64,000 bases of DNA from Mobula hypostoma (GCF_963921235.1 NC_086108.1:95790001-95854000); one strand, 5' to 3'; shown: positions 24,155 to 36,952, counted from the first letter of the stretch. Translations and numbers: made by a program. The notes: generated by a model not told the origin, from the letters alone.

Positions 24155-26619
24155 TGTAGGTTTTCTCAAATAAAATGGCAGAAGTGTTTTATGTTTCAGA
24201 AAAGCTGTAGCAACTCCTTTATTGAGCACCAAAACACTGAACACAAAGCACGCTAAAAATCCTTTACATAATCTCATCATCACGCCACACCAGCCTCTAA
24301 AACCGAAACCTCAACTCAACGTCGGTGGTTGTGAATTATGTACATTTCCACCAATGATGTTACCATATAGAGGCCCCCCTCCTGAATTCACTAAAACCGG
24401 CATGGTGAACCTCCCTGGATATCAGAAGAGCCGTCCAGCTCAGGCCCCATGTTCCTAGGGTGGAGGGACAGCGAGTGCCTCCAGCTTGTCCGGAGGTGTG
24501 TTGATATGCTCATGGTCATGTCATGACGGCAGGGGCCTGGTAGTGGAATCCTCCAAATCTGGATGGGTCTGTTTTAGGAGATCTACCAAAATACATTCAG
24601 GTTTACCTCTCTTATCCATAACAAAATTCTTTTCTCCCCTTTCCAAAACACAGAACGGGCCATCGTAAGGGGGCCTAAGGGGATGTTGGCAGAGGAAAAC
24701 AAATGAGGTAGAACATAGATTAACGGGAACCCAAGAGTGTTGAATGCCATGATGGGAGGTAGGAATAGGTGAAAAGGAATTGAATTTACTGAGGAGAGTG
24801 GAACACTGCTGAGAGGCCAACAAGGCGGTTGGGGCGTTAGGAATGAAATCACCAGGCACTCGTAATGGCTGCCTGTATACCAACTCAGCCACAGGTCCTC
24901 TTTTGGAGCTGTTGTGAGCCCTCAGCAGGACACACAGGAGACGACCATGCCAACATTCATCAGTCAGGGAAGCCCTCAGAGCAGTCTTTAAGGAGCAGTG
25001 AACCCACTCACAAAGGCCCTTGGACAGCTGGTGATAGGCCGTGGTGTGATGTAGCCTAACTTCGGGGTTCTGGGCCATCGCGGTCTGCGACTGTGGTCAG
25101 AGGAAATATCAGGTGGGGTGCCAAACCAAGCGCTGATGAATGTGCCTGAGTCACATCTGCGCTGTTGTTGATGCTAGAGGGTCAACCTCTGGCCTGGAAC
25201 CCACCGTGTTCACAGACCTGATATCCCGACGCGCTGGCACTGTCGTAGCTGCAAGGCGGTCAGCACTTCATAGCACTCTTACCAAAGTGACTGTGGTAAA
25301 AGCACAGACCCAGAGTAGTCTGCTTCACAGCTGCAGGCGTCCGTTGGGGTTCTTGTTGACCGGGCTTATTGAGGTAGAGAAAGGAGGAGGAATGATGCAT
25401 CGCTGCCTGGCTGAGTATAGACCATCAGCCATTTTAGCAAGCTCCCTACAGTCCATCAGGGGTGCATTTACTGTGCGAACTTGATCAGGCACTTACTGCA
25501 TGAAGAGTTCTTTAAAAATAGAACAAAGGATGGTGATTTCTCAGGAGAGACAGCATGTGGTCCATCAGCTCTAAAGGCTTACCATTGTCAAGGCCGGGCA
25601 AAGACAGCAAAATGTTTGGCGCACTCAGACACTCCAAAAGTCTGTTAAAGGTGAATTTTCAGCGATCGGTATGTAACTCTCACTTCGGCTCGCAGCTTAA
25701 TATAGGGGGTGATAGTCCCCGGCCCAGCCAAACTTGTTTTGGGTGGATGCTGCGCAATGTGTCCCGTTACAAGTCAGTACCATGAAATAACAAACAGTAC
25801 ACAATGCCATTAAATGATTGAGCTTTATAATTCTTAATTTGACTATATGGTTAGTAAAGAAAAAAATAAGAAAAAGAGCCCATTCTCATGAAACAGTCTA
25901 ATGCGCAAACATTGCAGCTCACTGATAAGTTGGTCGTCTACCATCGACCCCCTCCGATCATCGCTGACCTTCGGACCCCCGCTCCAAGTCCACCCCGTCC
26001 GGCGGTCTACCAACTCTCTCCATTCGCATCTTCTCTCCTCATCTGTTCCTGGCAAAAGACCGCGAAAATCTCCCTTCCAGATTCACAAGGAAGAACAACA
26101 TTCCTCTCATTGGATAGCCCCCACATTCCAAAACCCCGTTTCTAGTCATAATCCAAACAGTGCTGCTACAGAGAAACCACTACATCAGCAGTGAAACCTT
26201 ACAGCATGTTACAGGTATTTATCGTGTTCAGGCAGGTGTTCTAGTAGACTCCCCACTCTTGCAACCATGGAGCTGCTGAGCAGTGCTACTACATAGAAAC
26301 CCTTGGCGTTGTTGGCGACGGCATTTTGTTCCCAAAACTCTTCAAAACGACTGTGTTCACCGACATGTTCAATAACTCTGGAATTGTCATAGACCTCTGG
26401 GATCACCAGTGTAGGTTTTCAGAAATAAAACAATGGAGGTGTTCTATGCTTCAGAAAAGCTGTAGCAACTCACTTACAGATCACAAAACTGAATGCAAAG
26501 CGATAAAAACCCTTTACATAATCTTGTCATCATGGCAGAGTAGCCTCTTAAACTGAAACCCCAATTCAATGTAAGGTATTGTGAGTTATGTACATTTCCA
26601 CCAATTACGTAACGCTACA
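24155..26619 (-). mobile_element. Internally deleted Gypsy-like LTR retrotransposon
   Basis: Diverged direct repeats 24155-~24370 and 26410-26619 (TGT...ACA); PBS-like TGGTGATCCC after the 5' LTR; PPT AGGAGGGGGG before the 3' LTR; gag start remnant (EFWEQNAVA) and integrase remnant (HTTAYH..GLCE..PLRPPYDGPF, ORF 24521..25078); degenerate TSD AAAT/AAGT. Confidence 0.85.
25672..26213. mobile_element. Solo LTR of a second LTR element nested in the Gypsy remnant
   Basis: Termini TGTAAC...GTTACA; perfect 4-bp TSD GGTA (25668-25671, 26214-26217). Confidence 0.85.
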
Positions 26620-27055
26620 AAGTCATCACACAGTGCATTGACCTAAAATAACAAAGCAGGAAAAAAGTGTAAAGCCACCAAAAAAGTACGGTGCAGATAA
26701 GCAATAAAGTGCAAGATCTTGACGAAGTAGTTTGTGAGGTCGTGTCCATTTTATTGCACAGGATGTCTACTCAAAAGTCTGATAAGAGCAGGTTAAAAGC
26801 TGTCCTTGGACCCGGTGGTACCTGCTTTCATGCTTTTGTACCTTCTGCCTAATGGGAAGAGGACAGAATGTCCAGGGTGGGGGAATCTTTGACCTGAAAC
26901 TTTAACCATTTTTCTTACTACAGATAGTACCTAACTGTTGAGATTTTCCAGCATTTTCCATTTCTACTTAAGAATGCTCTTAATGATGAAAGGACACTTA
27001 GTTTCATCAAATATTCACTCTAATATAGCTAAGCTTATAGGAAGGTATTACCTAC

Positions 27056-27192
27056 CTGAGAAGATCCTTATTTAACTGCGAAGCCAGGATTTCTTTCAAT
27101 ATTTGTCGTTCATTTCTAGCTCTCTCTTGGAAACCTTTGCTGCTTTCCAGAGTTGGAACTCTGAGCACAATTTTTCCATTCCACATGGCCAT
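27056..27192 (-). CDS. BTBD8: BTBD8 first coding exon (exon 27056-27242, ATG at 27192)
   Basis: MAMWNGK...SKGFQERARNERQILKEILASQLNKDLLR resembles BTBD8 N-terminus (SKGLQ...QLSQDLLR); acceptor ttttttatttag before 27242, donor gtaggt after 27056; phase matches next exon. Confidence 0.9.
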
Positions 27193-27894
27193 TTCCAAGG
27201 TTTCTGATCGGAGATTATTCCCATTTATTTCATGACAACCATCTAAATAAAAAAACATGAAAATAGCCAATTAAGTTGACTGCCACATTGCTCAGGACAA
27301 AGGATCTGGATGAATTATTGGAGATCCTGCAAGCACTCCTTTGCAGAAATACCCCATTTGTAACTGGCTACATGTCAACCAGTCACACAGCAGGTTTACA
27401 TTCAAGGCTGAGACAGACTGATGTCTGGAATCAAGGTGCATTCAAGGATAGGGAACTGGATTTAATGTGGAGGTTCAGCCAAAACCTGTTTCCATGCTGG
27501 AGCACACTCAAGAATCTGTCGAGTGTATCCTTTACCTTTCTCTTAAGAGTTCAAGCTCTACACAGAACAGTACAGGCCTTTTGACCCACAATGTTGTGCC
27601 GACCTTTTAAACTACTCTAAGATCAATCTAACTCTTCCCTCCACGTAGCCCTCCATTTTTCTTTCGTCTATGTGCCTTAGAGTATCTTAAACGTCCTTTA
27701 ACTAATCCACCACTACCTGTGGCAGCGCATTCCATGCACCAACCACACTCTGTAGAAAAAAAAACTTACTTCTGACATCCCCCGATATGTTCCTCCCACA
27801 TCTCCCGACACGTTCCTCCCAGCACCTTAAAATTACGCCCACTTGTATTAGCCATTTCTGCCCCAGGAAAAAAAATCCTGGCTTGCCGCTATCT

Positions 27895-29020
27895 ATTAGT
27901 CATGGTCATATTTTATTGATCCCAGAGGGAAATTGGTTTTCGTTACAGTTGCACCATAAATAATAAATAGTAATAAAACCATAGATAGTTAAATAGTAAT
28001 ATGTAAATTATGCCAGTAAATTATGAAATAAGTCCAGGACCAGCCTATTGGCTCAGGGTGTCTGAACCTCCAAGGGAGGAGTTGTAAAGTTTGATGGCCA
28101 CAGGCAGGAATGACTTCCTACGACGCTCTGTGTTGCATCTTGGAGGAATGAGTCTCTGGCTGAATGTACTCCTGTGCCCACCCAGTACATTATGTAGTGG
28201 ATGGGAGACATTAACCAAGATGGCATGCAACTTGGACAGCATCCTCTTTTCAGACACCACCGTGAGAGAGTCCAGTTCCATCCCCACAACATTACTGGCC
28301 TTACGAATGAGTTTGTTGATTCTGTTGGTGTCTGCTACCCTCAGCCTGCTGCCCCAGCACACAACAGCAAACATGATAGCACAGGCCACCAGACTCGTAG
28401 AACATCCTCAGCATTGTCCGGCAGATGTTAAAGGACCTCAGTCTCCTCAGGAAATAGAGTCAGCTCTGTCCCTTCTTGTAGACAGCCTCAGTGTTCTTTG
28501 ACCAGTCCAGCTTATTGCCAATTCGTATTCCCAGGTATTTGTAATCCTCCACCATGTCCACACTGACCCCCTGGATGGAAACAGGGGTCACCGGTACCTT
28601 AGCTCTCCTCAGGTCTACCACCAGCTCCTTAATCTTTTTCACATTATGCTGCAGATAATTCTGCTCACACCATGTGACAAAGTTTCCTACCGTGGCCCTG
28701 TACTCAGCCTCATCTCCCTTGCTGATGCATCCAACTATGGTAGAGTCATCCGAAAACTTCTGAAGATGACAAGACTCTGAAGTCCGAGGTGTAAATGGCA
28801 AAGAGAAAGGGAGACAAGACAGTCCCCTGTGGAGCCCCAGTGCTGCTGATCACTCTGTTGGACACACAGTGTTGCAAGCACACGTACTGTGGTCTGCCAG
28901 TCAGGTAATCAAGAATCCATGACACCAGGGAAGCATCCACCTGCATCGCTGTCAGCTTCTCCCCCAGCAGAGCAGGGCAGATGGTGTTGAACGCACTGGA
29001 GAAGTCAAAAAACATGACAC
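27895..29020 (-). mobile_element. Young Rex1/Babar 5'-truncated copy inside a CR1 3' fragment
   Basis: [31 protein letters not shown]; 3' part nearly identical to 56662-57228; CR1 host at ~27555-27895 and ~29020-29090. Confidence 0.88.
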
Positions 29021-29696
29021 CTCTTACACCTCCTATCATCTTGTACACCTCTATCAAGTCACCTCTCATCCTCTGCTTCAAAGAGGAAAGCCCCATAAGC
29101 CACACTCTCTCATCAAGGCAGCATCTTCAATTTATTCATTCTACCTCAATTTGTTCAGTACTATTCGTCCATAGTACAACGCACAAATTGGTAGCAAATT
29201 ACTCTACATGGGAATTTGGAAATTTAAGATTCATATGAAGATCTTCAGTTTAGATTCTAATAATAAGATGAGAGAGTAACGTTGAAGAATATATTTAAAA
29301 GACAGGTTGTTGCTATTTTTAATCTACACCATACAGCAATGCTGTTTGACTTAATGCCTTCTAAACATTGAGCTGTTCCACAATATACTTTCAAAATTAC
29401 CTATCAAGTTACTAAATATCTGTTACGCATTTCAAATTCAGTAACTGTTTAAATAATTTCTCATGTGCCAATGTGCAATGGAGGGTATATTTGTCAATAA
29501 ACATCTTAATTAAAGAAATAAATGTACCCCTGACAACTTCAGGACATCCCAAAACAAATCCCTGCTATTTTTGGAGTGCCAACACCATTGCATTGGAGGA
29601 AATGTCTAGCACAAAATGAGAAGTCACAGCAGCAATGAGAAACAACTAGATTAACAATGCCGAAGTCCTCTTGGCTTAAAACATCGAGATAACTTC

Positions 29697-30467
29697 CCTG
29701 CAACACACACAAAAATTGCTGGTGAACGCAGCAAGCCAGGCAGCATCTATAGGAAGAGGTACAGTCGATGTTTCGGGCCGAGACCCTTCGTCAGGGCTAA
29801 CTGAAAGAAGAGATAGTAAGAGATTTGAAAGTGGGAGGGGGAGGAGGAGATCCACAATGATAGGAGAAGACAGGAGGGGGAGGGATGGAGCCAAGAGCTG
29901 GGAAGTTGATAGGCAAAAGGGATATGAGAGGATCATGGGACAGGAGGCCTAGGGAGAAAGAAAGGGGGAGGGGGGGAAGCCCAGAGGATAGGCAAGGAGT
30001 ATAGTGAGAGGGACAGAGAAAGAGAGAGAAAATAAATAATAATAAAAATAAATAAATAACAGATGGGGTACGAAGGGGAGGTGGGGCATTAACCAAAATT
30101 AGAGAAGTCAATGTTCATGTCATCAGGTTGGAGGCTACCCAGACGGAATATAAGGTGTTGTTCCTCCAACCTGAGTGTGGCTTCATCTTGACATTAGAGG
30201 AGGCCGTGGATAGACATATCAGAATGGGAATGGGATGTGGAATTAAAATGTCAAGCTCCTCCTGTCTTCTCCTATCATTTTGGATCTCCCTTCCCCCTTT
30301 CAAATCTCTATCTCTTCTTTCAGTTAGTCCTGACGAAGGATCTCGGCCCGAAACATCGACTGTACCTCTTCCTAGAGATGTTGCCTGGCCTGCTGCATTC
30401 ACCAGCATTTTTTGTGTGTGTTGCTTGAAATTCCAGCATCTGCAGAGTTCCTCGTATTTGCGTTTTT
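29697..30467. mobile_element. Penelope-like element with inverted pLTR
   Basis: Minus-strand pLTR plus GIY-YIG tail (29701-30250) followed by plus-strand pLTR (30255-30467); TSD AGATAACTTC (29687-29696, 30468-30477). Confidence 0.88.
30325..30362 (+). ncRNA. Minimal type-I hammerhead ribozyme motif (AUC variant)
   Basis: TAGTC-CTGACGA-A-GGATCTCGGCCC-GAAA-CATC-GACTG; mirror copy on minus strand at 29762-29799. Confidence 0.6.
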
Positions 30468-31539
30468 AGATAACTTCTCTATTTGTCTTCAAAAATAACA
30501 CCAGTTGATCCATCACATTCCAGATTAAAGATTCAAGTTTAATTGCCAAGTGGACAATGAAAGATACAGTGAAACGTGTCGCTTGCGTTAACAGCCAGCA
30601 TGCCTGGGGGCAACCTACAAGTGGCACCACACATTTCAGTGCCAACATAACATGCCCGCCATGCTTGGCAAAACAATACAGAACACAACAAGCAACAAAA
30701 CAACAGCAAAAACATGCCCTGTTCCTCCCTCCCACTCACCCATAAACACAGTCAGGACAAGTCTCCGGCCTCTAGTGGACATGGACTGGGTCTGCAGACA
30801 CCATCAGAACTACTAGACAGAGCCTTGGTCGAATGGGGGATTTGACAGCACAGCCTTCCTCAGTACTAAGGTGAGGTATTACCACTAAGCCACAGCTGAT
30901 CTCTTTCCAGAATTCATCATAGCCTCCCACATTCATGTGGTTTTACATTACTGAAGGGCAAACAATGTTTACGGCAATTTAAAACTATTATTGCCTTCTG
31001 AAACAGCACATTTACAGTTCACAGTGATTGTACAATAATGGACAATTTTTAAAAAAGGTGAAAGGAAAGTTCAATGAAATGCTTAAAGGATGGTTGATAA
31101 AGCAAAATTAAATTATGGGGCTATAAGAGGCAATTTACCTGACGAATGAAACTGCACTGACTTATATCATCTACAGCCTACACGGAATGATTTAATCTCC
31201 ATAGAATATTCCAGTTCATTATGTGTAGGCTTGCAACTCTGTTGGTAGGATTATTAGAAGATAAGAAGTCTGGTGTAAAAATTTAGGTGTGCATTCCAGT
31301 GTATGTTGCACTGTCAGAAGTTCCACCTTTGCATGAAACATAAAGCAAGGCCTTAGAAGGACAGATGACATAAGACACAGGTGCAGAATTAGGCCATTCG
31401 ACCCATTGAGACTGCTCCACCCTTACATCATGGCTGATTTACTATCCCTCTCAACCCCATTCTCCAGCCTACTTCCCCGTAACCTTGGACACCCTTATGC
31501 GCCTCATCTTTGAAACTGCATGCAATTAAACACAACATC

Positions 31540-33500
31540 TTCAGTCCTGCAATTATCATTGTTACCATGTTACCAGAGATTAACTTTTTATTTCTTTCTC
31601 TTTATTCCGGAGACTCTTATAATCTCTTCTACACTCTCCTTCCCCTTTACTTTATCCTCAATTTTCCAAGCTGCTGAATCTAAAGAAACACTAACTGCAA
31701 TTTTGCCCTATCATCTGCTTGTCCTTCGTCACAGTCTCACTACACACTGCATCTACTTGTATACCAACTGCTCCATCCTCTAGCCTGGAACTCCTGTTCC
31801 CATCCCCCTGCCAAATTAGGTTAAATCCTCCCCAACAGATCCAGCAATTCTGCCTGCAAGGACAATTCCTCTGCACCTCCTCCAAAGCAATTGCATCTTC
31901 TCTACAAAGTGGTGACGAATGCACAACATTCAAGCTATCATCCAGTATCCAGTTGGAGTATAACCTTCCCATTTTTTTCTATCCTATACATCAAATAATG
32001 ATGGGCAGTAGCCTCCAGCCACCTCCGTGACCAGTGCTTTGAAGGATCTGTCAACATGAATCTCTGCCCCTTTGTCGCTCCACACCACTCAGTATTCTCC
32101 CTTTTACTGTCTATTCCTTTTCTGTTGAGCCCACTATCCCTCGAAAGCTTTATTTCACAACTCATACACCACAGGAAAAGTACAACCATTCAACCCCACT
32201 GGTCACAGACCTCCAGTTAGAGTAACACCCCTCCTCGAGTACCTTCTGTCTTCTGTGGCCAAGCCTATTTTGAATTAAACTACCAGGTCTTTATGGATCT
32301 TACTGTATGTACAGTACCTTAATCCTCTGGGTCAGCCTATCATGATGTGCACCTTGCCAAATGTCTTAAAGTTCATGTATACAACATCCACTGCCCAACC
32401 TTTATCAATCATCTTCGTTAGCTCCCAGAATATCTTAGCCACGGTTGCAAGACATGAACTCTCCTGCATGGATCCATACTTACACTCCCTAACAAGTCTA
32501 TGCTTTTCCAGAGATGCAAGTAGATTCTTTCGTTGAAAACTTTTCCAATAATCAGTCGGGGAGATGGGCTGAGGAACGGCAAATGGATTTCCACTTCGAT
32601 AAGCATGAGGTAAGACTTATGCAATGAATGGCAGGGCACTGATAAGTGTTGTGGAACTGAGAGACATGGGAGTACAAGTGTACAGTTCGTTGAAAGCAGC
32701 CCCACTAGTAGACAGAGTGGTGAAGAAGGCGTTTAGTGTGCTGGCCTTCATCAGGTTCAGGAGTAGGAATATTATATTGCTGTTGCTGTTATACAAGTCA
32801 TTGGTATGGCCTTGGGAGTATTGTGTATGGTTTTGGTCACCATACACAGACATCAAGCTGCATAAGGTACAGATGAGGATTCTGCCTGGACTAGAGGGTC
32901 TGAATTACAGGTTAGCCATGCCGTATTTTTGTTCCCTTGGGGCACAGGGAGTGGTCAAAGTGGGTACAATTGCAACATTTAAGAGGTATTTGGATGGGTA
33001 TATGGAGGGGAGGGGCTTGCAGGGTTATGGGCCAAACGTTGGCAACTGGGACTGGAAGGCAGGATGCTGTGGTTGGGCCGAAAGGCCTGTTTCTGTGCTG
33101 TATTGCACTATGACCACAATTTCCTGATTGTATGAAATTCCAGTTGCTGCATCAGAGGAAGAACATGGAGGCTTCAGCAAGGCTGGAGAAATGGTTCACC
33201 AGGCAGCAAGGCTCACTCGCCTATAATCACTTGGTTTTGCTCCGTCATTCTTAATCTGAGAAACAACAGAGGCTGTTCTCCAGCTTGCTGGGGCCTCTTC
33301 TGTGCCTAAAGATCCTTGCCAAAGCCCAACGATCTCCTCTTTCTCAATGATGTAGGAAGGATCCCATTAGGCCTTGGGGACTTATCTACCTCAACGCTGT
33401 CCAAGAGATCCAACATCACCTCCTTCCTGATCATAACTTGCCCCTGACACAAATTTAAAATTGTCGCTTTTTTCACCTCAACGGACTAAAACATATCACC
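31540..33500 (-). mobile_element. Decayed CR1 LINE with a plus-strand CR1 3' fragment nested at ~32575-33120
   Basis: GFNLIWQGDG ORF1/ORF2 junction motif, decayed RT segments; nested VKKAFSVLAFI..LLYKSLV..EYCVWFWSP. Confidence 0.7.
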
Positions 33501-33865
33501 TGTACCATCCTGCAACCTCTTGGCTAGTCACCATTTGAATCAGACACATGCCTCCTTTATTGAGGTTAAAGTCGTTATTGTATATGAAAAGTAACTGAAT
33601 AAAGAGTTCTTGGGCGCCCTTTGAATGCAGTGTACCAGGACACAGAAACACATCAATGCCTTCCATTGCTTCTTGTTAATTTGCCGCCGTCCTTTGAATG
33701 AATGGGCTTTACTTTTTGACCAGCCTATCCCATGGGACCTGGTCAGAAGCCAAGCAGGCGGCATCCAAGCTACTCCTCTCATTGTATCATCTGCTCAGAA
33801 GAGGGTACCTGAATCGACAAGGAGCGAGTGACAAAAGAAAGAAACAGGTGCTCGAGAAACATTAC

Positions 33866-34150
33866 CTCGTCTCAGTAAAGTTTACACACCTTCCACGGCT
33901 GCACCCCCCGGTCACTCGCACACACGCTGCAGTCTCACGCCAGCCACACTCGCTCAGAGGCCGGCCAGTGTGCCCGGGGAGAGGGCCGGCGGCATCGGAT
34001 CTCGAGGGGTCGGAGGTGGCTCCCGGCGGCCCGACACACGGAGCGGAACTCAGTGTATCCTCTCACCGCTACTATTGTTGCTCAGTTTGCAACAACCGCC
34101 TCCAGCCCCACCCCCGGCGGCGACGTGAAGGCCGATCACGGAGCGCGGGT
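33866..34150 (-). other. BTBD8: Probable non-coding first exon of BTBD8 (5' boundary uncertain)
   Basis: Donor GAG|gtaatg at 33866/33865 at the edge of the CpG island; in-frame TAA upstream makes 27192 the first usable in-frame ATG. Confidence 0.55.
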
Positions 34151-34400
34151 ACCTCCGCTCCGCCCCGCCGCTGTGACGTCACAAACAACAATCCAATCGG
34201 GCTGCCTGACGTCACAATCCGCCCCTCGCCGAATTCGCCGCGTGACGTCACAACACAAGCTAATCGATTTGCAATTCAGACCACCCCCCGCCTTCATCAG
34301 GCCCGTGACGTCAGAACGGCGCCGTTTCCATTGGTTTGAAATGTTGTCTCCGCCCCTTGAACCTACCAATCAGCCGCTTGGGTGCGGGAAGTTTAGTGGA
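33880..34400. promoter_or_regulatory. CpG-island promoter with 4 CRE/ATF sites, CCAAT boxes and GC boxes
   Basis: Only non-TE CpG-rich stretch in the window; TGACGTCA at 34174, 34207, 34243, 34306; CCAAT at 34193, 34366 and ATTGG at 34330; CCGCCC at ~34160, 34219, 34350. Confidence 0.85.
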
Positions 34401-34504
34401 CGGTTGTCATGGAAGTGCTAATGGGTTAAGGCTGTGTTTTGGCATTTTTGCAGCTGGTTCAGGATGTAGGTGACTTTTGAAGCATCTTGGATGGTTTCAG
34501 CCTG

Positions 34505-34870
34505 AGAACCATAGAAACACTACAGCACAATACAGGCCCTTCGGCCCACAAAGTTGTGCTGAACATGTCCCTACCTTAGAAATTACTAGGCTTATCCATA
34601 GCCCTCTATTTTTCTGAATTCCATGTATCTATCTAAATGTCTCTTAAAAGACTCTATCATATCCGCCTCCACCACAGTTGCCAGCAGCCCATTCCACGCA
34701 CTCACCATTCTGAGTAAAAAACTCATCTCCTGACATCTCCTCTGTACTTACTCCCCAGCACCTTAAACCTGTGTCCTCTTGTGGCAACCATTTCATCCCT
34801 GGGAAAAAGACTATCCTGATTATCCACACGATCAATGTCTCTCATCATCTTATACACCTTTATCAGGTCT
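34505..34870 (-). mobile_element. CR1 LINE 3' fragment
   Basis: Reverse complement of the CR1 3' end seen at 42600-42973. Confidence 0.85.
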
Positions 34871-35474
34871 AGATTTAGGATTCAGCTTTAATTAACCCAC
34901 TTTATGTTACAGGAATAACACCTCTCTGCCTCTTGTCAGTTCTTTGTTTTAATGACACAATTTTGATTTACATATCTTTTTGGAGTTATAATGTAATTTG
35001 CTCCATTCCTACTCAGTATTGTGTTGATTTCTGTGTGCATCGGGAGTAATTCTTATTTTTGATTATTGTATTCCTTCTTCCCCCAATACATGTTTTGTAT
35101 TATTGTAACTGGGACTGGCTGCTAGTCTTTTTTGGAGATCCTGGAGATATACTGTTCCAAAAGTTGTTTGAATTGGCCAACCTTTGTTAGCTTACTATTA
35201 ATGCCAGCTGAAACAAATACTATTTGCAATTCACAATCCTACATTACCCAACAAAAACAATAGACTTCTATTTTTTTTAAATATCCGTTTCACCAAGCAT
35301 TGCTTCAACTGCCTGTAATGGGCCTGTTACATATTACCACATCCAATGCATATATTCAAAGAGCTAAAATATAAACAAAAAACTTGTTAATGAAACTGGT
35401 ATAATGCATAATTTTTTCCTCAATATCCCGGTTGATAACCACCCATGTCCCCATTGATCCTTACCAATTTTTAT

Positions 35475-36020
35475 TAATGAACTATAGAAAGCATCCTATC
35501 TTGATGCATAACATTTTGGTGTGGCATTGCTCTGAATGTGATCACTAGAAACTGCAGAATGTTGTTGACACAGCTCAGCGCATCATAGGAACCAGTCCCC
35601 CTTCTATGGAGTCTGTCTATACTTCTCACTGCCTCGATGAAGCAGCCAGCATTATCAAAAACCCCCACCCACCCTGGACATTTTCTCTTCTCCCCTCTCC
35701 CATCAGACACAAAATACAAAAGCCTGAAGCCACTTACCACCAGGCTCAAGGACAGCTTCTATCCCATTGTTATCAGACTCTTGAACAGAGCTCTTGTGCA
35801 GTAAGATTGTCTCATGATCTCACAATCTACCTCATTATGATCTTGCCCTTTATCATTTGCCTGCTCTGCATGTTTTGGTAGCTTTTGCACTTTATTCTAC
35901 AATGTTACTATTTTACCCTTATTCTAGCTCAATGCGTTGTTTGATCTGCACGAATGCAACACAAGCTTTTCACTGGATCTTGGTACACGTGACAATTGTA
36001 AACCAATACCAATAATTCTC
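35475..36020 (+). mobile_element. Rex1/Babar-type 3' fragment
   Basis: MESVYTSHCLDEAASIIKNP(T)HP remnant and tail. Confidence 0.75.
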
Positions 36021-36609
36021 ACTGTCTGCAAGACAATCTATTTTAGTGGTATCTGCACACTTAATAACCATGCCTTGAACATTGTCACCCAAATCTTTGA
36101 TATAGATGACAAACAATAATCAATGATAGATGACAATCAACACCTAAGGCACATCACTAGTCGGCTACCATCAAACCTTGCTTCCTACCATCAATTCTTA
36201 GCTAGCTCTTCCTATCAACCAATTCTTAACTAGCTCTTCCTGGATCCCACATGATCTAACATTTCAAAACAGCCTATCTTGAGAATCTTATCAAAGGCTC
36301 TACTGAAGTCCACATACACTACATCTACCAATCTTCCCTCATTGACCTTCTCTATTATTTCAAAAACCTCAGGCAAGTCAGTGAGACATGATCTCTCAAG
36401 CATGAAGCTGTGCTGACATCTATAATCATATATCTTATCCCTCAGAATTCCTTCCAATAACATACCTACAACTGATACTAGGCATATAGTTCTATAGTTC
36501 CAAGGCTTTGCTTTGCAGCCTGTCTTATAAATCACCAAAGATACAGGAATTGGCCATACCACAGAGTAATAACATGCTGGTTCAGTGCGTGATTCCCTTC
36601 ACTGTTCTC

Positions 36610-36952
36610 ACTTCCCTCATCCATCCAATGAGGCTGCCCATTATGCCCCTGGCGTTTAGGACAGCAATGAAGGTCCTTCGCATCTGTCTGCCTTTGACCA
36701 CTCAGATGCAGAAAGCTTCTTCATTGCCAGGTTTCCATAACCGTTTTGTTTTACCAGTCAGGACTGTTCGCCCTGATCTGAACCCCCGAAACCTGGAGGA
36801 TCACTCTTGGTCTGACCTCTACCCTTTGACCTGTTTGGCATGGCTGACCCTACCAAGAGTCAAAGCATAAAGCCCTGACTCCAGCCGACACAGCTCTCCA
36901 GGTCACTGAGGCACGCAAGCCTCCAGACCACAACGAGGTTGTGGTCCTCTTG
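36610..36952 (-). mobile_element. Non-autonomous RTE-derived short element, copy 2
   Basis: Reverse complement aligns by eye with 9499-9872 (CAAGAGGA.CACAACCTCGTT..., CCTCCAGGTT.CGGGGGTTCAG). Confidence 0.7.

Noticed and set aside
27193-27270. N-terminal extension of BTBD8 from ORF 27052..27270
   Set aside because: Upstream Met lies in the intron beyond the acceptor at 27243; predicted spliced exon 1 has an in-frame stop
33698-34339. 213-aa plus-strand ORF
   Set aside because: Lies over the GC-rich promoter where stops are rare; no recognisable domain
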